Positions 41,073-50,256 of a DNA stretch of 64,000 nt are shown here, piece after piece. The position numbers and the translations under genes were made by a program. Position 1 is the first letter of the stretch. Each line of letters starts with the position of its first letter. The notes beneath the pieces are model-generated. The model was not told where the DNA came from. It did not search any database and was given only the letters and a program-made list of their open reading frames with translations. The DNA comes from a virus, in IMG/VR virus record IMGVR_UViG_3300032245_001127. The stretch is one strand, 5' to 3'.

Positions 41073-41552
41073 TTAGAGTAATTTCGCAATTACTGTAACA
41101 AGAGCAACTAATTCTCTTATAGATTCTTCGTCTTTTGGTAATGATATATTTGCTTTTGAATGAGCATTTTTTACTGATTTATCGAATCTTCCTGCAACTG
41201 CGATTGCGTATCTTACCTGTGCTTCTAAATCAGAAGACTCATTATCTTGAGAACAAAGTAAATCTGTTCGAGTAATAAAATCTTCAGTTGCTTCTGCTGA
41301 CATTCGAATTATATCATCTCTTAAATCGGCTTGTCTATCGTCAAACATTGTTTGAGATATATCATGTAATAGATCTGGAGATTTAAGAGTAAATGCAGTT
41401 GCTAATGCAATAGTATTTACAAATGTTCGATCTTTGTTCGATAATCCTAATAATCTTGATTTGTATTCGTCGACAAATGATGGGATGCCCTCTGAATAAT
41501 TTATCCACCAAGGAGCAATCGGTTCCATTTGTTCATTTATTATTTCATTCAT
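41073..41552 (-). CDS. Hypothetical all-alpha protein
   Basis: Overlaps aminotransferase stop; no clear catalytic motif. Confidence 0.6.
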   Translation of the reverse strand: MNEIINEQMEPIAPWWINYSEGIPSFVDEYKSRLLGLSNKDRTFVNTIALATAFTLKSPDLLHDISQTMFDDRQADLRDDIIRMSAEATEDFITRTDLLCSQDNESSDLEAQVRYAIAVAGRFDKSVKNAHSKANISLPKDEESIRELVALVTVIAKLL

Positions 41553-42778
41553 AAGTTTTCTATCTCCTCTTTTCTAGTTGTTAAACATAAAGTCGTTCTC
41601 GCTTTTAATTCGTCAAAATATTCGTCATCTACAATCAGTGGCAAAATTAGTTTAATCATTTTATGAGAAGTAGTTGCTGCCATTCCAGCATTACTTAAAT
41701 GATATAAACCAATAGGGGTTGCAATGGGATTAGTTTGAATTGATCTCCAGCAACCTTTACCAATTATAGATGTCGCAAGTTTTTCATTCACAAGGAATGT
41801 TTCTAATTCTTTTATCTTTTTACCAATGTAATTTTGATGATCTATTGTTAAATAACCTTTAGAATTTAATATCTCAATTACTCTATTTGCAAGTTCTACT
41901 CCGTACATGTTTGGTTGCCAAGTGTGCCCCCAATCCCAATTCTTTTTACGAACTCCTTTTGTAACTTTTTCATTCGCTAATGCTGCACTTAATGGAACCA
42001 TTCCATTTGTTAATGCTTTTCCGATTGTTACAATATCTGGAGTTACTCCATAATATGTATGTGTAAAAAGTGTTCCTACTTTACCACCATATCCTGCTAC
42101 ATCATCAACAATCATTAATATATTAAATTCATCACAAATTTGTCGAACAGTTTTCCAAAATTCTTGACTATATGGTGCAATCGTTTCATTCCAAGGCATA
42201 CTTTCCATTATACATCCACCAATAGTTGGATTTGCTTGTAAAGTGGTAATAAAAGAATCGGTAAGCATTGTTTCGTGTTCTATACGTTCAGCGTCCGTGT
42301 ACCATTCTTTACCACGAATCATCTTAACACGACTTAGTTCTTTGCTCGGAAGCATATCATTTTTAAATTGTCGATTTAAATATGTAGTTCCATGATAGCA
42401 AGGATAAAAACTTACTAAATGTGTTTTTGGTCTTCCAATATTTACCCAATAAGTATCATGCATATAAATGGCAGCTTCGTTTGCATCTGAGCCTGAAACT
42501 GCATAAGCGATACTTTCCATATTTGCAGTAGAACAAAGCGTCTCATTTAGTTTTTCAACAGCTTCACTTGTTTCACCACTATTCCCACGAATAAAATCTA
42601 TTTTATTTTTTGAAAATATATCTCTTAAATCTTCAGCTTGATAACCTAAACCGAAAGCAGCATTACCAGATTGTATTTCTAAATGTGGAGGTGCATTTAA
42701 ATAATGTACCCAATATTTTTCTGTAAAGGCAATTTCTTTAATATGTTCTTGAGTGCTATTTGGTTTTAATTCAATCAT
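41549..42778 (-). CDS. Class III PLP-dependent aminotransferase
   Basis: SGSDANEAA, YHGTT, DDVAG.GGKVG, PDIVTIGKALTNG, WGHTW; start moved to MIELK at 42778. Confidence 0.9.
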   Translation of the reverse strand: MIELKPNSTQEHIKEIAFTEKYWVHYLNAPPHLEIQSGNAAFGLGYQAEDLRDIFSKNKIDFIRGNSGETSEAVEKLNETLCSTANMESIAYAVSGSDANEAAIYMHDTYWVNIGRPKTHLVSFYPCYHGTTYLNRQFKNDMLPSKELSRVKMIRGKEWYTDAERIEHETMLTDSFITTLQANPTIGGCIMESMPWNETIAPYSQEFWKTVRQICDEFNILMIVDDVAGYGGKVGTLFTHTYYGVTPDIVTIGKALTNGMVPLSAALANEKVTKGVRKKNWDWGHTWQPNMYGVELANRVIEILNSKGYLTIDHQNYIGKKIKELETFLVNEKLATSIIGKGCWRSIQTNPIATPIGLYHLSNAGMAATTSHKMIKLILPLIVDDEYFDELKARTTLCLTTRKEEIENL

Positions 42779-42866
42779 AAGTAACAAAAAATGGATACGA
42801 CAGCTAATAACCAACCAATAATAATTAGCACTAACCAAATATTAGGTTTATGTTGTTTTATATTCA

Positions 42867-43544
42867 TTATAAATTTTTTAATTTTCTATATGTTTCTCTT
42901 AACTTTATATAATCTTTTATATAATCATTTCTTTTAGCATCAAAGATTAATACTGATAGTGGATTTTGTACAAGCATTATAATTTTAATATTTGGTACAG
43001 GAATTTTAGTATGTTCTTCAAACATAACAGCATATGCAGCAGTCTGCATAAAATAACCTTTAATTTTATCTGCTGTTTTGCTTTTATTGCTTGTTTTAAA
43101 ATCAATTACACATAATGATTTATCATATTCAGCTATACAATCTACAGTACCAGCAGAAGTTAAATGGTCACTATACATTGGTGTTTCTAATGCATAGATA
43201 TTATCTATTTTATTCAAATAAGGAATTAATAGTTTAAATTCATGCGATTCAAATATAGACTCATCAATACCATCATTTAATAGATACGATTCGCAAAGAT
43301 TATGAATAGAAGTTCCTCTTCTCATCGCTTTACCAGATATTGCGTTTGCCTTTTCATTCCCAATTGATGCTCGCCATGCTGCGATTCCTGCTGCAGATTC
43401 TAAAGATGTCACACTCGTAACTGATGGATATTTCTTTCCTGTTGGTGTTAAATAGGTTCGAGTAGATCCTTCTATTTTTTCTAATTTAGGAAATGATGTT
43501 GATATATGAGTGTACCACTTTTTAGTGGTAAGTGTAGTGGTCAT
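42867..43544 (-). CDS. PD-(D/E)XK exonuclease
   Basis: YPSVT, RGTSIH, AGTVDCIAEY, IDFKTS, YFMQTAAYA. Confidence 0.9.
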   Translation of the reverse strand: MTTTLTTKKWYTHISTSFPKLEKIEGSTRTYLTPTGKKYPSVTSVTSLESAAGIAAWRASIGNEKANAISGKAMRRGTSIHNLCESYLLNDGIDESIFESHEFKLLIPYLNKIDNIYALETPMYSDHLTSAGTVDCIAEYDKSLCVIDFKTSNKSKTADKIKGYFMQTAAYAVMFEEHTKIPVPNIKIIMLVQNPLSVLIFDAKRNDYIKDYIKLRETYRKLKNL

Positions 43545-43711
43545 TACAATTTAGTTCCAAATACTGAATATTCGTTTTCTTCTTCATTAGTGTCGTAAGT
43601 AAGTTTAATTCCTTTTAAACCCTTTTCTTTTAGTTCTTTGTCTTTCGGAGACTCTTCAACAGTACCCTCTTCCCATTGTAAATCTTCGCCGTTTAAATAT
43701 AATTTAGTCAT
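43544..43711 (-). CDS. Small acidic protein (not in ORF track)
   Basis: MTKLYLNGEDLQWEEG...SVFGTKL, 55 aa, overlaps both neighbours. Confidence 0.6.
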   Translation of the reverse strand: MTKLYLNGEDLQWEEGTVEESPKDKELKEKGLKGIKLTYDTNEEENEYSVFGTKL

Positions 43712-44324
43712 GTGATAATACCTCTATTGCATGGTTATAATGTTTTACTCGATCTTCCAATCCAATAGTTCCACCATTAATTTTTTTGGTCATCATTACT
43801 AGATCGCCAGTATCAGCAAAGTCATTTAAATTGTTCTTATGCCAAAACCAACATGCCGAAGTAACAGCACCATCAAACGTCATAAGATAGTCAGCTAATT
43901 CTTCAACAGGAAACTCTATACTTTTAGCGAATGCAGTATAATTATTCTTGCCAGTTAATTGGATTAATCCTCTTCCACAATATAACCAGCCATCTCCAGA
44001 TTCTTCTGGACCATTACCCATTCTATTCGCATAAACTCTATTCGCAATCGCTTCTGGTTTACGAGCATAATCCATTACATTACTTTCATTAAAGTATTTT
44101 GGAAATGTTTTTAATAAACCTTTATCGCTATAATTAAGATTTTCTTGTAAAAATTTATATTTGCCTGATTCATGAGAAGTTTGAGCAAGGAATGCTGCCA
44201 CTCTATTTAAGTTATCAATTCCATATTTTGGTAAAATCGTATTTAACGAAAGAAACCAATCTGAAATGTATTCGTTAGGACCGATGATTGAATTTAATTT
44301 AGATTCTGTAAAATTTATTTCCAT
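43704..44324 (-). CDS. Glycoside hydrolase family 19 endolysin
   Basis: AAFLAQTSHES, ENLNYS, IANRVYANRMGNG, GRGLIQLTGKNNY, INGG.IGLEDR. Confidence 0.93.
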   Translation of the reverse strand: MEINFTESKLNSIIGPNEYISDWFLSLNTILPKYGIDNLNRVAAFLAQTSHESGKYKFLQENLNYSDKGLLKTFPKYFNESNVMDYARKPEAIANRVYANRMGNGPEESGDGWLYCGRGLIQLTGKNNYTAFAKSIEFPVEELADYLMTFDGAVTSACWFWHKNNLNDFADTGDLVMMTKKINGGTIGLEDRVKHYNHAIEVLSHD

Positions 44325-44443
44325 TTTAATTTGTTTTTAATTGCTCGTATTAAATGAATTCCAAATAAAGCAACTATAATCATCAATAATATTATAGTAG
44401 ATGTCATTTCAATCGTAAAAATGATTGCGTCATATAAATCCAT
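44315..44443 (-). CDS. Small single-TM protein upstream of endolysin (not in ORF track)
   Basis: MDLYDAIIFTIEMTSTIILLMIIVALFGIHLIRAIKNKLKWK. Confidence 0.5.
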   Translation of the reverse strand: MDLYDAIIFTIEMTSTIILLMIIVALFGIHLIRAIKNKLKWK

Positions 44444-44444
44444 A

Positions 44445-44705
44445 TTATAAATCCGTTGTTTTATTTAATACTGATCCTGGAGTTTTCTTATGTATTTTGT
44501 TTAACACTTCTTTAAAATCTTTCTTTCTTCCTTTTGCTGCACCAGTATTTCCAGTTGCATTCCATGGTGCTATGGTTCCAGGAAATTTAGTAAAAATTTG
44601 AATAATGTTTTTATTCTTTTTTAAATATTTTTCTAATTCTTCATACTTCATTTCTTGTTCAAACGTTTCACCAGTTTTTGTATTTTCAAAACTATATATT
44701 GGCAT
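44445..44705 (-). CDS. FmdB-like conserved phage protein
   Basis: MPIYSF.N.KTGE.FE..FKEVL.KI...PGS. Confidence 0.7.
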   Translation of the reverse strand: MPIYSFENTKTGETFEQEMKYEELEKYLKKNKNIIQIFTKFPGTIAPWNATGNTGAAKGRKKDFKEVLNKIHKKTPGSVLNKTTDL

Positions 44706-45264
44706 GTTCTAATCCTTTACTTTTATTTAGATACCAATCTGGAATAGATCTATTAGTCCATTTAGCGAAGTATGCTTTTGCAACTCTATAATAATTATGA
44801 TAAGATTGAATAGAGTTATTTGGAACTATACATTGTGGAAAATGTTTCATTGCTGGTGGTGGTTCTGAAAAAGATAAAACTGGAATATTTTTTGGAGTAA
44901 TAGATAAAGCATCTTTTAATTTAGAATAGGTGCTGTGTATTTTATTATATCGATGAGTATATTCATTACATAAAGAAACCCATAATGTATAAAGATATTC
45001 ATAATGAGTTTTACTCTCACGAACCCATATAGCACTCGGATGATTTTTCATTGTTGCTTTATACAACACATCATTCATTGTTGGGTGATTATAGGAAGTG
45101 TATTTGCGATTATTGATAGATTTTGAATTTACAGGATTGCCGTCTAGAACGCGATGCGCAGTCGACAATAACTGCGCATATTCTATAATCATTTTAACTA
45201 CATGCTTATCGCAGTGCATTGTCGCACAAATTTGTGGATTTTTATCTAGAAAAAATATATTCAT
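44692..45264 (-). CDS. denV: Pyrimidine-dimer DNA glycosylase family protein
   Basis: MNIFFLD..HCDKHVVKMIIEYAQLLSTAH, NHPSAIW, EYTHRY.K.H. Confidence 0.8.
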   Translation of the reverse strand: MNIFFLDKNPQICATMHCDKHVVKMIIEYAQLLSTAHRVLDGNPVNSKSINNRKYTSYNHPTMNDVLYKATMKNHPSAIWVRESKTHYEYLYTLWVSLCNEYTHRYNKIHSTYSKLKDALSITPKNIPVLSFSEPPPAMKHFPQCIVPNNSIQSYHNYYRVAKAYFAKWTNRSIPDWYLNKSKGLEHANI

Positions 45265-45281
45265 AATATAAATTTATTTCA

Positions 45282-45401
45282 TTAGTGTTTAAATATATTG
45301 TATATAAAATATAAACATAGTATAGCAGAAATATATAATATAATTAATTCATTAAAATTAGATGACGAAGGAAATAACAAATTACTTTGCATAATTGCCA
45401 T
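45282..45401 (-). CDS. Small membrane peptide (not in ORF track)
   Basis: AAGGAG RBS; MAIMQSNLLF..IILYISAILCLYFIYNIFKH; CTAAATA at 45441-45447. Confidence 0.45.
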   Translation of the reverse strand: MAIMQSNLLFPSSSNFNELIILYISAILCLYFIYNIFKH

Positions 45402-45460
45402 AAGTAACTCCTTTTTTAATTCATCATATAAAGAACGTATTATTTAGTCAAAAATATGTT

Positions 45461-45724
45461 TTAATGTAAATGTTTTTTATGCATAATATCAGTCATTCCA
45501 AAGGGTTTTGCTGATCTACCAACTTCAACTACTGAATCTAAAAATTTTTCATAATCTTCTGGAGTTAAAGCTGATTTATACAAACGAATTGCGATCGCAA
45601 GCATTGTGCTCGAAACTAATTGACTTGCTGATTCATTATCTTTATGTTCAATTAATATATTCATTGCAGACATAAAAAGTTCATCAAATATTTTTTGCTG
45701 TAATATATCTTCTTCCATAGACAT
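45461..45724 (-). CDS. Hypothetical protein (probable start 45718)
   Basis: 87-aa ORF; -10 box abuts the first ATG. Confidence 0.65.
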   Translation of the reverse strand: MSMEEDILQQKIFDELFMSAMNILIEHKDNESASQLVSSTMLAIAIRLYKSALTPEDYEKFLDSVVEVGRSAKPFGMTDIMHKKHLH

Positions 45725-45753
45725 ATTTTATAATAAAAAACCTTGCAAGTAAA
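45725..45753 (-). promoter_or_regulatory. Sigma70-like promoter with TGCAAG box
   Basis: TTTACT-tgcaaggttttttatta-TAAAAT. Confidence 0.6.
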
Positions 45754-45758
45754 GTTCT

Positions 45759-46373
45759 TTATATGTTAAAATATTTACCCTCTATTTCCATCACTGCAGT
45801 TACTCTCCAATGTCCTGGATTAGTTGCATTATTTACTAATTGATGTTGAATATCATGTCCATTAAATGCTCTAAATTCTCCAGTTTTCCAAACTCTTTTA
45901 ACTCCATCAAATATTAATGCTTGATTTTCTGGATCTGGTATATCAATTCCAAAACTTACTGTATATCCACTAATTGATGGATCTCCAACACTTTGACGTA
46001 TCCAATCCCAAACATAACCATCATGATGGACTGGAAGCATTTTTCCTGGACGAATAAAATTAATACACATATCAATCATTCCTTCAATTTGAAATGCTGC
46101 TTTCATACTTCGATTCCAACCCAAACTCCATTTTTCTTGTACTTTTCGACCATCTATTACAGGAAGAGCCTTAAAACCCCCTTTATTCGCTTCAGGCATT
46201 GCGTATCTTTCGTCTGCGTTCACAGTATCAGTTTCTATACTAAAATTGTTTCTCCATGCTGCATAATCGTTTAAAAGGGCTTGCATGAGCTTTTGCAATG
46301 CACCATAATCTTTATATTGTATTGGATCACCTAACCACATAATTCCTCCTTTATAAAGCCCACTCTGTTTCAT
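45759..46373 (-). CDS. Asp/Asn beta-hydroxylase-like Fe(II)/2OG dioxygenase
   Basis: PGKMLPVHHD..W.TGEFRAFNG..QH.LVN..WRVT. Confidence 0.8.
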   Translation of the reverse strand: MKQSGLYKGGIMWLGDPIQYKDYGALQKLMQALLNDYAAWRNNFSIETDTVNADERYAMPEANKGGFKALPVIDGRKVQEKWSLGWNRSMKAAFQIEGMIDMCINFIRPGKMLPVHHDGYVWDWIRQSVGDPSISGYTVSFGIDIPDPENQALIFDGVKRVWKTGEFRAFNGHDIQHQLVNNATNPGHWRVTAVMEIEGKYFNI

Positions 46374-46926
46374 TTGTATCTACAATTGCAGACACTCTCC
46401 AATTTCCAGTTTTATTCCAAACTTTATGCATATAATTTCTTCCATCAAAAGCAACTATTTCGTTATTTGCATATGCTCTTGGAGCTGAATCGTTTTCAAA
46501 TTCTATTCCAAGTATTTTCGGATCATTGCTTGGCATATCAATACCGATTGCAATAGTCCAGCCTTTTACAGCATGACCAACTGATTCTTCAATTCTTTGC
46601 CAACTACCAAAATCTTTATGTAATGGTAATCCACCAAATGGTGTAATGAAATTTACTATTGACTGAAATACTCCAGGAATTTCTTTTAAAACTGCAGTAG
46701 AACGATGCCAGTCATTAGGTACAGCTTTTGTTCCTTGTATAAGTGGAATAGCCCACCAAGAATCTGCATGTTCATGTTCTGCGTTTGGATATTCGTAACG
46801 AAAAACATTAATTCCTTTTTCTTTAATATTATGATTCCTTGAAAATGAAAAATAATCTGCTTGTAAAGCAACTGATAACGATTTTAACATTTCATAATGT
46901 TTGAATTTTTTTGGATCTATCCACAT
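46351..46926 (-). CDS. Asp/Asn beta-hydroxylase-like dioxygenase
   Basis: LPLHKD..EIVAFDG..MHKVWNKTGNWRV. Confidence 0.8.
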   Translation of the reverse strand: MWIDPKKFKHYEMLKSLSVALQADYFSFSRNHNIKEKGINVFRYEYPNAEHEHADSWWAIPLIQGTKAVPNDWHRSTAVLKEIPGVFQSIVNFITPFGGLPLHKDFGSWQRIEESVGHAVKGWTIAIGIDMPSNDPKILGIEFENDSAPRAYANNEIVAFDGRNYMHKVWNKTGNWRVSAIVDTNETEWAL

Positions 46927-46927
46927 A

Positions 46928-47647
46928 TTATTCTCCTGTATAAGTAGCCCATCTATTTTGTAAATAATAGAGGTCTGAATTTTTTAAATTATATTGCGTA
47001 TATTCTAAATCTATAATTGCTGTAACACGCCAGTCGTTGCTATGATTATATACATCATGATAATGTGTTTTTCCTTCGAAAGAAACCCACTCACCAGTAT
47101 TCCAACCTTTTTTTTCTGGTACTCCAGTGTATTTATTTTTAAAAACAAATCCCATATTAGTAGCATTAGTTGCTAATCCTAATACATTACTGAATCCATT
47201 TAGTGGTCTTCCTATATCTTTTTCAATTCTTTTCCATCCACCTGTATCATCATGAGATGGTAATTCTGATTTTGGTTTTACAAAATTAACAATAAATTGT
47301 ACTATTCCTGGAAGTTTTAAAGCCAATTCTGCTGACTCTTTCCAGTCTTCAAAATTTTTCATTTTCTTATTTCCGCAATCAGTAAATACTGCATCGCAAA
47401 ACCAATATTCGTTTGGATTATGTCGATCTTCAATAGATTCTGGTCTATGGTATAGATCGTCGCCACCTTTTACATGAGCATAATCTGGATAGACGTCATG
47501 GTGTTCAAATTTTTGAACTTGAATACGTTTTGCATATGCTTCATTTGTACCATATTTAAGTTTCCATTTTTCAAAGTCTGATTGTATTACTTTGCCTAAA
47601 AACATTAAATCGTCATAATTTTTATATAATTTAGTATCAATCCACAT
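46928..47647 (-). CDS. Asp/Asn beta-hydroxylase-like dioxygenase
   Basis: LPSHDD..GEWVSFEG..YHDVYNHSNDWRV. Confidence 0.8.
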   Translation of the reverse strand: MWIDTKLYKNYDDLMFLGKVIQSDFEKWKLKYGTNEAYAKRIQVQKFEHHDVYPDYAHVKGGDDLYHRPESIEDRHNPNEYWFCDAVFTDCGNKKMKNFEDWKESAELALKLPGIVQFIVNFVKPKSELPSHDDTGGWKRIEKDIGRPLNGFSNVLGLATNATNMGFVFKNKYTGVPEKKGWNTGEWVSFEGKTHYHDVYNHSNDWRVTAIIDLEYTQYNLKNSDLYYLQNRWATYTGE

Positions 47648-47651
47648 AATT

Positions 47652-48695
47652 CTATTCTCCCTTTGAATCCTCTATCATTTCTTCTGCATGTAATTCTATA
47701 TAATTCATTATATTATGATATTCTTGATATTCTATAAAATATTGTTTTAATAAATTAATCGTTTTAGATCCTAAATTGTTCCAATAAAAAAGCAATTCAT
47801 CGTCTGGTATTGAATCAACATAATGTTTTATTCCACCATTATCTGTTAAATATTTAACATTCGAAAGAATATGTTTATAGATAATGCTTTCATTTTCTGA
47901 ATCTACAACTATATTTATCTCTCTCATAGTTGGTTCTTTTAAAGTTACATAATGATCGTTTTCTAATTTAATTGTCGGATGTGGTTTTGCAGGTAATATA
48001 ATTGTTTCTTTATTACCATTAATAATAATTTCTTTTAATCTCTCATTAATAAAATGTTTTTTATCAATATCTATAACTGCTGTAATTCTCCACTCATTCG
48101 TGTCATTCCACATACTATGACCAGCTTCTTTACCATCAAAACAAACTATTTCTCCTGCTAGTGGATATTTTTGAATTCCTTCGACATCCATTCCTACTGT
48201 TTTTTCATTTTTGTTTTTCATTCCAGAAAATAATGTAACAACCGCACTATAACCATCTACTTTTCTTTTTAATTGTTCTTCAATACGATCCCAATTACTT
48301 GTATCTTTATGTGGAGTTATTTTACCATGTGGTTTGATAAAATTTATAAGTATTTGATACACTCCATTTAATTTACTCAATGCTTCCCAAGATTTAGGAA
48401 AAACTATTTTATCCCAAACTCTATTATAATAACATGGAATAGTTTTCCAATCATCTGCATGTTTAAATTCTAAATTATTTGAAGGAACTTCAGTCAATTC
48501 GCCAACATATTGTTTTGGTACAATCGTTAAACGGCTAATTTTAGTTTTTGCTTTATCTCCAGTACCATAAGCACTTAATGCATCTGTTTCTATATTATGT
48601 TTTTGTACCCAAGCTAATATATCTTGTTGTAAGTATGGAACTATTTTTTCTAAATCAGAATAATGATTATAATTTTTTATATTAATCCAAGACAT
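47652..48695 (-). CDS. Asp/Asn beta-hydroxylase-like dioxygenase fused to a gp26-like C-terminal domain
   Basis: ITPHKD..GEIVCFDG..HSMWNDTNEWRI; extra ~120 aa aligning by eye with gp26. Confidence 0.75.
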   Translation of the reverse strand: MSWINIKNYNHYSDLEKIVPYLQQDILAWVQKHNIETDALSAYGTGDKAKTKISRLTIVPKQYVGELTEVPSNNLEFKHADDWKTIPCYYNRVWDKIVFPKSWEALSKLNGVYQILINFIKPHGKITPHKDTSNWDRIEEQLKRKVDGYSAVVTLFSGMKNKNEKTVGMDVEGIQKYPLAGEIVCFDGKEAGHSMWNDTNEWRITAVIDIDKKHFINERLKEIIINGNKETIILPAKPHPTIKLENDHYVTLKEPTMREINIVVDSENESIIYKHILSNVKYLTDNGGIKHYVDSIPDDELLFYWNNLGSKTINLLKQYFIEYQEYHNIMNYIELHAEEMIEDSKGE

Positions 48696-49770
48696 TTCTT
48701 CGTTCCCCTTTTCTTTTTATATCAAGTGTTAAACAATGAACACCACCATCCCAAAAACCACCTTGTCTTTGATTTGCCACATGTAATTTAATTCCGTGCG
48801 ATTTAAAAAATTCTTCTAATTTTGGTTGATGGTTGCTTACAACTATGTTCGATTCATCTACCACTACGACATTACTATCAAAAGCAACTTCTTGTGCGAA
48901 TCCACGCCACTCAGATATCCATTCTTTAATCCATTCAATACTATATTTTCCTTCTGAAGCTGTCATTCGATGATCGTATTGTATCATATCTATATTTGTA
49001 ATTAAATGACCAAAAGAATGTACATTTATATTTTTATTTTTTAATATAGCTTCTGGTACATAATTTATATCTGTACAAAAACAAGTAGTGTCATTAGTCA
49101 TAAAAAAGAACTGATCGATATGTCCCCAACCACGATGTGGCTTATTTACGTTATCAATAAATTTTGTAGAAGGAATATTTCTTTTCATCCAATCTAATCC
49201 TAATGCTGTTCCAGGACCAGCTGAATTTACAATTATTGAATCGCCAACTTTATACATTGTTGCAGTATGCCATAATATTCTATTCACCAAATCTCTTCCA
49301 TATCTGTCGCCACCATGTGTAAACCATTGAGTGTCAGGTGGAAAATCTTTAAGTAATGGAACTGGTGTGCTTATCCAGTTATAAGAATTTTTTGTGTACT
49401 TTTCTAAAAATATATTATAAAATGCTAATGACTCTAACCATCGATCAGCCATTGAAGTATATGCTGAATAGATTGTATTTCCATAAACAATATAGGAATC
49501 TCTTGGAACAATTGGTGCGATAGGATTTTTAATTTTAAATTTAGGAAGTTTTAAATTACTTTCAAACGGAAGTATTTCTGGACGATAAACCTTTACATTT
49601 AAAGATTCAAATACTTTTTGCATATTATCTAAATCTTCTTTAGTTTCAAGAATAATGGGTTCTAACACACGCATTACTTCTGCACTTACAAATGATTTAT
49701 AATAATCAGGTGTAGGAATATTTCCTACTATAATTTCCTCTAAAGGATCATAATCTGTCCAAACACTCAT
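48682..49770 (-). CDS. Amidinotransferase (glycine/inosamine type)
   Basis: YDPLEEIIVG, PRD, GHID, GGVHCLTLD catalytic His/Cys. Confidence 0.9.
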   Translation of the reverse strand: MSVWTDYDPLEEIIVGNIPTPDYYKSFVSAEVMRVLEPIILETKEDLDNMQKVFESLNVKVYRPEILPFESNLKLPKFKIKNPIAPIVPRDSYIVYGNTIYSAYTSMADRWLESLAFYNIFLEKYTKNSYNWISTPVPLLKDFPPDTQWFTHGGDRYGRDLVNRILWHTATMYKVGDSIIVNSAGPGTALGLDWMKRNIPSTKFIDNVNKPHRGWGHIDQFFFMTNDTTCFCTDINYVPEAILKNKNINVHSFGHLITNIDMIQYDHRMTASEGKYSIEWIKEWISEWRGFAQEVAFDSNVVVVDESNIVVSNHQPKLEEFFKSHGIKLHVANQRQGGFWDGGVHCLTLDIKRKGERRNVLD

Positions 49771-49776
49771 AATAAT

Positions 49777-50256
49777 TTATTTAGGTTGATAATCTTTACC
49801 CCATACATCTTTAAGATAATTCTCATCCCAAAAACTATAATAATTTGTTTTAATTAGAGAATCTCTTGCTTCATTTAATTCTTTTTTAGGTTGGCATAAC
49901 ATAAAATTATAATAACCATTATTTGTTTGTACGCCATTTATAAATGTTTTACGATCTTTATGGTCAGCTAAAAACACTAAATCTGGAAATTTGTTCGCAT
50001 AGAAAGAACACCAAGAATCCATATATTCAGGTGTAATGTTTAAATTTGTAACTGTATATACTTTAATTCTTCGAATATTCTCAACAGATGGAGCTATAAA
50101 ATTTTCGTCCATATGTAAATATTCTGGAGTTGGTACACCAATACCTTTACTAAAAGGACAAATAGAATGACCATCGAGTGCTTGACGAGGAATTTTAATC
50201 CTCGCCAGCCACTCTTGTAATGCTTCTTTTGGTGTTATATTATGCTTGTCGTACAA
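49777..50256 (-). CDS. Hypothetical protein (DUF1415-like CPF motif)
   Basis: W...I..P...L.G.SICPF; DH; L..AR..L..T.YY..W. Confidence 0.55.
   Translation of the reverse strand: MYDKHNITPKEALQEWLARIKIPRQALDGHSICPFSKGIGVPTPEYLHMDENFIAPSVENIRRIKVYTVTNLNITPEYMDSWCSFYANKFPDLVFLADHKDRKTFINGVQTNNGYYNFMLCQPKKELNEARDSLIKTNYYSFWDENYLKDVWGKDYQPK
49778..49784 (-). promoter_or_regulatory. Late promoter motif CTAAATA
   Basis: 7 nt before amidinotransferase ATG; same geometry as before gp25 and gp2. Confidence 0.5.

Noticed and set aside
41073-41552. AhpD-like peroxidase
   Set aside because: Only vague resemblance; no CxxC
42867-43544. Exonuclease as Cas4 or a defence system
   Set aside because: No Fe-S Cys cluster pattern or array; ordinary T4-like PD-(D/E)XK exonuclease
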